A stretch of 64,000 bases of DNA from Klebsiella phage KPN8, in the sequence record OP079919.1. One strand, written 5' to 3'. Below are positions 57,292 to 64,000 of this stretch, piece by piece. Within the stretch, counting starts at the first letter, position 1. Each line of letters opens with the position of its first letter. A model generated the notes under the pieces. That model was not told the origin of the DNA, searched no databases, and saw only the letters and a program-made list of their open reading frames with translations. The position numbers were made by a program, and so were the translations under genes.

Positions 57292-57987
57292 ATGAAAGAA
57301 CTTTTTAGCGTAATCTATACTGATTTCCAGAGCGGATGGAGTCGTAAGGAATGGCTGTGGTTAGTCGTAGCCGTCTCGGCTGTTGTAGTTGGGAGTATCT
57401 CCGCTTCGCCACTGGAATTCTGGGCGGGTATATTCAACGTCGTCTGCGTTATTCTTGTTGCTAAAGGTCGACTCTCCAATTACTATTGGGGACTATTAGG
57501 GGTGGTTCTCTACGCGATCGTTTCCTACAAGCAACAACTCTACGGCAACATGGCGCTTAACGTCATTTACTTTGGATTCCAATTCTGGGGTATTTACGAA
57601 TGGCGTAAAACATTGCTGAATAAGACTGATGCTGGCGTTGACGTATCCGTTAAAAGACTGTCACTTCTCCAGTTCCTTCAGATGACGTTCGTTGTTTTGG
57701 CGGGGACCTTTGCAGTCAGTTTGTTCCTTCGTCATATCGGGGATAGCTCACCTGTATTAGATGCGTTTACGATGGTAGCGAGCTTAATCGCTATGGGCTT
57801 GATGGTTAAACAGTATTCCGAACAATGGTTACTCTGGATACTGGTCGATATCGCTTCTATTTACATGTGGGTCATTCCTGCTTTAGACCAACCTGGTTCT
57901 TGGTCCATGGTAGCGATGTGGACGGTCATCACCGGTAACGCGCTGTACGGCGCTTACATGTGGTTTATTGTTAAGATAAATAAATAA
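57292..57987 (+). CDS. pnuC: PnuC-like nicotinamide riboside transporter
   Basis: ATG directly abuts the nadR-like TAA (TAAATG). About 230 aa with 7-8 hydrophobic helices. PnuC-like size, topology and W/Y-rich helices (FGFQFWGIYEW). Adjacent to nadR, as in bacterial pnuC-nadR salvage. Confidence 0.65.
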   Translation: MKELFSVIYTDFQSGWSRKEWLWLVVAVSAVVVGSISASPLEFWAGIFNVVCVILVAKGRLSNYYWGLLGVVLYAIVSYKQQLYGNMALNVIYFGFQFWGIYEWRKTLLNKTDAGVDVSVKRLSLLQFLQMTFVVLAGTFAVSLFLRHIGDSSPVLDAFTMVASLIAMGLMVKQYSEQWLLWILVDIASIYMWVIPALDQPGSWSMVAMWTVITGNALYGAYMWFIVKINK

Positions 57988-58012
57988 TTCCGATAATAGA
58001 GGATAAAATATC

Positions 58013-58714
58013 ATGCGTGAGAACTATGACATTAATGCCACTTCAGACGACGTCTTCTTTAATCACTCTAAATCATTTAAGCTGGTGAGCAAAGCGATTA
58101 AGAAGATCAGTTCAGCAAAATGGGAGGGGGTTTTTAGTGACCCTACCCAGAATGCTGCCCGTGGGTATGATGAAGGCCGGTTCGATAACATCCTCCGCGC
58201 AATGTATTCTGAAGATTTGGCGAGGGCCTTGGACTTTGCTATTCATCGCAACGAGATTGCCCGAATAGATATCGCCATCATGATGATGAAACCTGAAACC
58301 AAAATCGATTACCATTTTAGGCACGATATCCCCTATCGTCAATGGGGATATCTTAGTTTCCGATCTGATTTAACAATTGCCAGCGCGGATCAGCTCGACA
58401 GCAATCCCTTTTTCTTCACTACGCTCTTGCGGGAGCTCAAAAGAGCGGGGATTTACGATTACAACGTAAACGCGATCAGCGAGCTTTATCAACTTGTACA
58501 TCTGGCCTCTATCGCGCTGTCGTACACTGGTTTGAGTGGATTGGGGGAATCGGATTCCTACCAGAACGCAATCGGTGTCGCCATGCAGGTAATTCGTCGT
58601 TGGGGCGCGGGAGAGAGTTCTGAAGTTATGAGTGATCTTGATCGAGCCACTCAGATTTGGTCGCCTTCGGAATCGGACTATGTTAAGTTTTACGAAGAAT
58701 TGGTCATCGGATAA
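58013..58714 (+). CDS. hypothetical protein
   Basis: SD AGAGGATAAAATATCATG. Confidence 0.55.
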   Translation: MRENYDINATSDDVFFNHSKSFKLVSKAIKKISSAKWEGVFSDPTQNAARGYDEGRFDNILRAMYSEDLARALDFAIHRNEIARIDIAIMMMKPETKIDYHFRHDIPYRQWGYLSFRSDLTIASADQLDSNPFFFTTLLRELKRAGIYDYNVNAISELYQLVHLASIALSYTGLSGLGESDSYQNAIGVAMQVIRRWGAGESSEVMSDLDRATQIWSPSESDYVKFYEELVIG

Positions 58715-58813
58715 CGAAGCGTAATTAAATTTAATAGTATGGTCAGTCGACCTAGGTGAGAGTGATCTTGTAGGTTACTCTCATTCCTTTCGTAAATATC
58801 GGAGAAATAAAAA

Positions 58814-59329
58814 ATGGCTAAAGAAAACGTTGTTCGTATTCCACTGTATAATTTAGGTAATCTTTCTTGTGTAGGGTATCGAGAAGGGTGTGGGTATAAC
58901 GTTAAGGTTTATTGGGGTGATTATCTGCTGGCCTCTAAACCTAATCTCACCCAAGCACTCGACTTCGCTTATATCGGAGTTCGACTCTTCTCCCCGATTC
59001 ATAGTGAATGGTTAACCAACGATCTGCGCTTAACTATTTGTGAATCTTTGATAAAAGCCCGTTTATTAATTGATGGCAATCATAGCGTAGAGCGTTCTTC
59101 TGTTCTTTCAGAGGGATTCCTTAAACATTGGAAAACAGGTGAGTCTGGAGTAGACTATTATCTGGAAGTACGTCTTGCTAGAGACCCGGGTAAAATAGAA
59201 GACGACATCGTTCAAGTCACCTTAAAGTATGACAACGACGGGTGCAGCTTCACTCATAGCTTCAAGAAATACGCTTCCGTTTTCAACTATAAAGAACATT
59301 TAGGCCTTTTCAAACAAGTTACCCGCTGA
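58814..59329 (+). CDS. hypothetical protein
   Basis: SD TCGGAGAAATAAAAAATG. Confidence 0.5.
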   Translation: MAKENVVRIPLYNLGNLSCVGYREGCGYNVKVYWGDYLLASKPNLTQALDFAYIGVRLFSPIHSEWLTNDLRLTICESLIKARLLIDGNHSVERSSVLSEGFLKHWKTGESGVDYYLEVRLARDPGKIEDDIVQVTLKYDNDGCSFTHSFKKYASVFNYKEHLGLFKQVTR

Positions 59330-59336
59330 GTCATTC

Positions 59337-59370
59337 TAACTCCTACTCCCGATAAGGGAGTAGGAGTTAT
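59337..59370 (+). terminator. terminator hairpin TAACTCCTACTCCC-GATAAG-GGAGTAGGAGTTA (loop is the reverse complement of the TTATCG loop in the 25159 and 38758 copies)
   Basis: 14-bp stem identical to the 38758 stem. Loop inverted. Confidence 0.7.
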
Positions 59371-59444
59371 TACACATGTAAATAAAAACAGACCTTTATT
59401 ATCTCTATGTGGAATAAACCATAATCTTTTTAGGAGCATGTAAC

Positions 59445-59747
59445 GTGAACATCTATTTAGTTAAACCAATGGAATTTACTGGCGACGAAGATATCAACGG
59501 TATGGTCGTTGTAGCACCTGACACCAACACCGCCTTGCTGACCCACCCTCATATCGACGCAGACGGCAATACCTTCGAATGGGAAGTCGAAACCAATTCT
59601 GAAGCTGGTAACTGGGTGGATGATGAGGGCCGAACTGACATCTTCCACGGCTGCGCTTGGCCGGCTCCTGATCGTTTACACTGTGTTCTGTTGGGCGTAG
59701 CCGCCGACGGGATGGAAGAAGGTATCGTGTTGGTCGATCGTGATTAA
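59445..59747 (+). CDS. hypothetical acidic protein (GTG start)
   Basis: TCTTTTTAGGAGCATGTAACGTG motif. Confidence 0.5.
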   Translation: MNIYLVKPMEFTGDEDINGMVVVAPDTNTALLTHPHIDADGNTFEWEVETNSEAGNWVDDEGRTDIFHGCAWPAPDRLHCVLLGVAADGMEEGIVLVDRD

Positions 59748-59757
59748 GGGGTAACGC

Positions 59758-60276
59758 ATGAAAGTCGTTAGATTTGGGAACCTGACCGTTAATAAAGATA
59801 ACAAGCTGGAGATAACACAGTTTAATTTTTCCAGTGAGTCCAACGGCGAACCCGTCACACCGGCTGGTATGGTGAAAGCTATTGTCAAATGGCTAAACAG
59901 TCATGTCGGGAACACCGATGGGATGTTCAATCCCATCAAAGACTTAAACGGAGTCCCGCTTATCGCAGGAGTAAATATCCCAATTGATCAATCCAAGTTG
60001 GTTATGCCTAAAAGTGTGGCTTTAGCCGAACTGGATCCTCCTGTTTTTAGCACCAACGAATATACGTTCCTGGAAGTAGAGGAACGCGTTTATCAGCTCA
60101 TAGCGATGCAAATAGGTATAACGCTCACTACCGAAATGGGTGTCATTCCTGGCTCGGTTGAACTGATTGATGTGGATGACTCTCGTCCACATCCCGACAA
60201 TGTCGTAGGTTACTGCCTGACATTAGAAAATCCACCGCGGTATTTCTTGAAAGTTAAGAATAAAGGAGTTCGGTAA
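59758..60276 (+). CDS. hypothetical protein
   Basis: SD AAGGGGTAACGCATG. Confidence 0.5.
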   Translation: MKVVRFGNLTVNKDNKLEITQFNFSSESNGEPVTPAGMVKAIVKWLNSHVGNTDGMFNPIKDLNGVPLIAGVNIPIDQSKLVMPKSVALAELDPPVFSTNEYTFLEVEERVYQLIAMQIGITLTTEMGVIPGSVELIDVDDSRPHPDNVVGYCLTLENPPRYFLKVKNKGVR

Positions 60277-61061
60277 TGTTAGAGACCCAGCTTAAAGATC
60301 GCCTGACCATCCTGAATACTTTCGAATGGTTTACCTACTTCTGGAATAAATTCGAGGAAGGCATGTATGATGTAAGGCGAACCATGCATAGCGCGTCGGT
60401 TGCGATTAATAACGGCGATTGTGCGGTAGCCGCCTTGGCAGTAGGTTCTGTTTTGAATCGTCGACTGGATGTTAACGTTGGAATGGCTCGCAACACTCTT
60501 CACGCCTGGGTCACTATCGGTAGCGATATCTTCGATACCGAATACCCCACAGGACACGATATATCAAGTTTTAAATCTAAATGGGGCGATCGTATCAGTG
60601 AGGTGGTTTTAACACCTGAGACCCTCGTAGAAGAGTTTATGCCGTGCGATCTGGTAGGCGCTTATCTCGTAAAAGAATTCTGCGGGATAATGTGTGAACC
60701 GCATCCTAAAGAAATCGATTTTCTCCTGAATAATCCTACCGAATACGAATCACGGGAGGGTGTTCACAAAATCGAAAAGGCTATTGCGTTCGCAGTAGAG
60801 GAAACTCTGAAAGCTCGCCGGGTAGTAACCACCATCAAACACGAGTCTTACTTCACTGCTAAAGAAGCCACGATGGATCATGAACTCAAAGATCACGTCA
60901 GGGATATCTATTCCGGTATTCTGATCTGCGTACTGGTGGATAAGAACGATTACAAAGTGATCGGAGAGTCTTATCGCAAAGGACCAGAAACAGAACGCAC
61001 ACTCCTGGCGAGATCAAGAGCCAAGTTTATCGCTCTGGATAAACTTAAAGACGTAGCGTGA
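60276..61061 (+). CDS. hypothetical protein
   Basis: TAATG overlap with the upstream gene. Confidence 0.5.
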   Translation: MLETQLKDRLTILNTFEWFTYFWNKFEEGMYDVRRTMHSASVAINNGDCAVAALAVGSVLNRRLDVNVGMARNTLHAWVTIGSDIFDTEYPTGHDISSFKSKWGDRISEVVLTPETLVEEFMPCDLVGAYLVKEFCGIMCEPHPKEIDFLLNNPTEYESREGVHKIEKAIAFAVEETLKARRVVTTIKHESYFTAKEATMDHELKDHVRDIYSGILICVLVDKNDYKVIGESYRKGPETERTLLARSRAKFIALDKLKDVA

Positions 61062-61086
61062 TCATTCAATTTTAGGAAATAAAATC

Positions 61087-62799
61087 ATGAACGAAGAAAA
61101 TAAAATCGCGATCGTTTCTCATGGGGAGGTTGTTGAGTTTGATCCTAACAACGCTGAGCATCGAAAGATTCTTGAGTCGGCAAATAGGAAACTTATAACG
61201 AACGAACTCTACCAGCGGGATTTAAAACGCTTTAAAGATCTGGTTTTGTTTTATCAAAGTGCGGTTAGCAAAGAAACCATCGATGATAAAATTGAGGAGT
61301 TCTTAAGGGCTACCGGGATAAGGTTGGACTATTCCGATCTGGCCATTTTTAACTACGGGTACCCGGACATAGATGGATACTTCGGTACTCTCTATAACCG
61401 CGCAATGGGGATTGAACCTCCTTCTGTGTCAGCTGATGAAAATCCGATTGTTGGACTGAAGGAGAAGAGCTTGGACCCTCAACATTCATCAACCAACACT
61501 GGCGGTGGGTTATTATACGGCATTCTGCTCCGTAAATTTAACCGTTTTATGCAGAACGTAACAGCCGACCTTTTATTATTAGTGGACGTAAAATCGTTAA
61601 CGGCACAATGCCGGATTGAGACAAACATCCTCAGAAAAATAGAGGGGTTTAATAAAGAAACAAATCTGGAACTGGATCGCGTCGGTATAGGTCGGTCAAT
61701 CGATGAAAATACGCAACCCGAGTATTTTAATGTTCTTTTCGCAGACCTAATTAAACGATCAGAAGAATTCAGAATACAGACGATCCCTCTTTCTGAGAAA
61801 ATTCGGTTTTATCAATCAGACTGTGGTGAAATCAGGATTGGCGGAATTGACAAATCTTCAGCGGATATACCGCTGGTGCTGGTTACCGATAAAGAAGGAC
61901 GGGTTCGTTGCCGTCAGGTCGGGGAACTATTGCGTGGCGACAAACCATTCCCATGTTTTATCTGTAACGGCTCGCCGGATAAAAAGGAATCAAGAAATGA
62001 ACAACCTACTGGAAGATTAAGGACAGCCTCGCGTTATTGGTACGATCGTTTCGGTCACCCTCATCTTTTAGAGTCTGGCGGGCCAATGCACGTAAACTCT
62101 ATTAAATGCGAACCGGCGCGTGGTAAAATTTTGGAGGTATCGGTCAACAAGGACCCGATTCCTTCTCCTGATCCCCGCGATGAAAGTGTAAGGAGTAAAG
62201 ATACCGTTATTCAAAACAGTATTTCGATTACCACCGGGAAAGTTAACATGCATGCGCTTGAGGCGGCATGTCGGACAATGGCCGAAAGTATGAAAGTCAT
62301 GCACCGCAAGCCCGTCTCTGATGAATTTCGCAATAAACTTTACGAGGCGCTGGCCGCCTTTTATCATCGACATCACTCTCTAGGAAATGTTTCAAGAGAG
62401 TTCCTATACGGGGATGTTATTTGCATCGAACGGTTTAAGCGGGAGTTTGGAATTGTTTTCTCCGCTAGGGACGTGGACGCTTTTCTTAATGGAGTTATGA
62501 CTATCCCTGTGTTACTCGGCAAATACGTTAGAGAACGCCATCCCGGTGAAAAGAAAATCACAACTTACTCACAATACGCTTTAGCTCTAAACACATTAAC
62601 CTCGTTATTGTGTTTGTTTCCCTCAAACGTAAGGACGAGAGAAGATATTGAACGTGCTAAAGCATTACACGTTCAATTCAATATTCGTTTTGACATTGAT
62701 ATGTCCGAAGAGGATTTCTTAGCGATTATCTATCGTCATGGCACCCCCCGCCATTTTCTCAAAAAACACGCTACCACTGAAGCCACTAAAGGTGAATAA
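61087..62799 (+). CDS. hypothetical protein (570 aa)
   Basis: ATTTTAGGAAATAAAATCATG motif. No motif recognised. Confidence 0.55.
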   Translation: MNEENKIAIVSHGEVVEFDPNNAEHRKILESANRKLITNELYQRDLKRFKDLVLFYQSAVSKETIDDKIEEFLRATGIRLDYSDLAIFNYGYPDIDGYFGTLYNRAMGIEPPSVSADENPIVGLKEKSLDPQHSSTNTGGGLLYGILLRKFNRFMQNVTADLLLLVDVKSLTAQCRIETNILRKIEGFNKETNLELDRVGIGRSIDENTQPEYFNVLFADLIKRSEEFRIQTIPLSEKIRFYQSDCGEIRIGGIDKSSADIPLVLVTDKEGRVRCRQVGELLRGDKPFPCFICNGSPDKKESRNEQPTGRLRTASRYWYDRFGHPHLLESGGPMHVNSIKCEPARGKILEVSVNKDPIPSPDPRDESVRSKDTVIQNSISITTGKVNMHALEAACRTMAESMKVMHRKPVSDEFRNKLYEALAAFYHRHHSLGNVSREFLYGDVICIERFKREFGIVFSARDVDAFLNGVMTIPVLLGKYVRERHPGEKKITTYSQYALALNTLTSLLCLFPSNVRTREDIERAKALHVQFNIRFDIDMSEEDFLAIIYRHGTPRHFLKKHATTEATKGE

Positions 62800-62976
62800 A
62801 TGCAACCACTGATCAGTCTTAAAGAGTTAGCCAAACTTCTGGGTATTTCCGTTAAAACCCTGAAAATTCGTATTAGCAAAGGTACTGTTCCCCAGCCTTT
62901 CGTTAGCGAGGGGAAAAATATGCGTTGGATGCGTTCTGACGTTGAGCATCTCTTCTCTAAAGAAGAAGTCGTTTAA
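62800..62976 (+). CDS. AlpA/Xis-family small HTH DNA-binding protein (58 aa)
   Basis: Not in the ORF track. ATG immediately follows the upstream TAA. LKELAKLLGISVKTLKIRISKGTVPQPF...MRWMRSDVE matches the AlpA-type helix-turn-helix followed by a conserved W/R segment. Confidence 0.5.
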   Translation: MQPLISLKELAKLLGISVKTLKIRISKGTVPQPFVSEGKNMRWMRSDVEHLFSKEEVV

Positions 62977-63050
62977 GTTGTAAATATTTACAGCCCTGTA
63001 CTATTGTAATGGTTAACCGACCGTAAACTTTAATTAAAGGAAAAGAAGTT

Positions 63051-63332
63051 ATGTCTAAAATCAAACTGACCGAAGAACAACTCGCCGCCCTGAATGGTTC
63101 GGAATCCTTCGTCGTCTCCGGCCTGGCTGCCGGCAAAGTCTCCCTGGCAACCGACGTGTCGGTCATCACCCTCGATCTCGATCCGGGTCAGCTGACCATC
63201 GGCCAAACCCTGAAGATTAAAGACGGCGTCCTCGTCACGGACAAAGCCCAAGAACAAAAGGCCGAAAAAGCCAAAGGTAAAAACAACCCGTCTCCGGAAA
63301 TGGCGGCCAAACTTGCCGGCAGCGCCTGCTAA
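63051..63332 (+). CDS. small protein with atypically GC-rich coding sequence
   Basis: SD AAAGGAAAAGAAGTTATG. GC3-rich codons (GCC, CTG, GGC, ACC). Followed by a strong terminator at 63343..63370. Confidence 0.55.
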   Translation: MSKIKLTEEQLAALNGSESFVVSGLAAGKVSLATDVSVITLDLDPGQLTIGQTLKIKDGVLVTDKAQEQKAEKAKGKNNPSPEMAAKLAGSAC

Positions 63333-63342
63333 GTTAAGGTAA

Positions 63343-63370
63343 AGTAGGAGGGGGGTTTCCTCCTCCTACT
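63343..63370 (+). terminator. terminator GTAGGAGG-GGGGTTTC-CTCCTCCTAC plus T-run
   Basis: Stem plus GTTTATTTTTTGG. Confidence 0.7.
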
Positions 63371-63386
63371 CCCTCGTGTTTATTTT

Positions 63387-63965
63387 TTGGGAATTTCGTT
63401 AATGACCATAAAGACTCTTTCCGGGAGATTATTTCTTAACCGAGATAAATCTAATCTCAACAGCGTAAGTTGGTCGGCTAAAGTCACCATTGTCGATTAT
63501 GAAACGAAAAAGAAAGAAAAAATCCATAACGAGATTTTTGACGCTAATCTTACCATTCGTAAAGGGAATTCAAGCATAGTCCTCCATACCAATAATGACG
63601 GGGTAGACAAAAATTTTGAATCTTTTTTGTCTAAGCTTCGGCTCATCAGCACTCACGTTCGTGATTTCGTTGAGCAATGCGAGATTAAGCGCAGTAAACC
63701 AACCCAGGTTAAAACCGAGCGCTACTGGTTAAATGACCCTGAAGGAATCGATAAATCATTTACTGGGTCACTGGTAAAGATATACGATACTTATAGCGAC
63801 ACCATAGAAATAAGTTCCTGTGAGCGATCAGCGCGTTGGTATATCAATAGTTACCTTAATCGAGGGAAGTCCGAGATTGGCGAACTTATTGTTTTACAGC
63901 GCGCCATAGATCGGCTCATTAGAGATATTGGTATTGTTTTAAAAGAGGTTAAAAATGGGGCGTAA
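63387..63965 (+). CDS. hypothetical protein
   Basis: 192-aa ORF. Confidence 0.5.
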   Translation: MGISLMTIKTLSGRLFLNRDKSNLNSVSWSAKVTIVDYETKKKEKIHNEIFDANLTIRKGNSSIVLHTNNDGVDKNFESFLSKLRLISTHVRDFVEQCEIKRSKPTQVKTERYWLNDPEGIDKSFTGSLVKIYDTYSDTIEISSCERSARWYINSYLNRGKSEIGELIVLQRAIDRLIRDIGIVLKEVKNGA

Positions 63966-64000
63966 GAGTCACGGGGAAGATTATTCCGACGCAGAGCTTG

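Noticed and set aside
62800-62976. AlpA-like gene as a marker of an integrated mobile element
   Set aside because: No integrase, att-like repeats or bacterial flanking genes. The whole window is phage-like.

Overview
The window reads as a contiguous stretch of a large virulent (probably myovirus-type) phage genome, not bacterial chromosome. It holds about 100 short, tightly packed genes, almost all on the + strand. Many stops and starts overlap (ATGA, TAAATG), and genes are separated by stem-loop plus T-run terminators. I found no rRNA, tRNA, CRISPR array, integrase or transposase.

Two blocks dominate.

(1) Positions 8.2-29.2 kb hold nine tail-spike / tail-fibre genes. All share an N-terminal anchor of about 50 aa (consensus ...P(S/T)xxxxDxxFNxEKxDxVxNSDxxxY(T/L)DRFGK(K/Q)RxT...) but have different C-terminal beta-helix depolymerase-like domains. 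Eight lie in tandem on the + strand and one is inverted on the - strand. PhoH, a GNAT acetyltransferase and one unknown gene sit between them.

(2) The rest is an accessory region of small early-type genes. It contains a dense set of candidate counter-defence functions. These are a 2H-phosphoesterase with HxT/HxS motifs (Acb1-like anti-CBASS candidate) and two DUF2829 / Tad2-like candidate signal-sponge proteins. They also include a NadR-like bifunctional NMN adenylyltransferase/ribosylnicotinamide kinase translationally coupled to a PnuC-like nicotinamide-riboside transporter, which would be a phage-borne NAD+ salvage/reconstitution route. Further items are a PP-loop ATPase, a MazG pyrophosphatase, a small metallophosphoesterase, a SAM methyltransferase, dihydrofolate reductase, an SPFH lipoprotein and a cluster of six small signal-peptide proteins.

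At the DNA level I see four things: a recurrent TTTAGGAA-N(4-8)-ATCATG translation-initiation motif on more than 20 genes; a terminator hairpin family (ACTCCTAC...GTAGGAGT); an ~80-bp element duplicated upstream of two tail-spike genes, one copy with a C9 tract; and a C11 homopolymer.

All functional calls are inferred from motifs read by eye. No database search was run.
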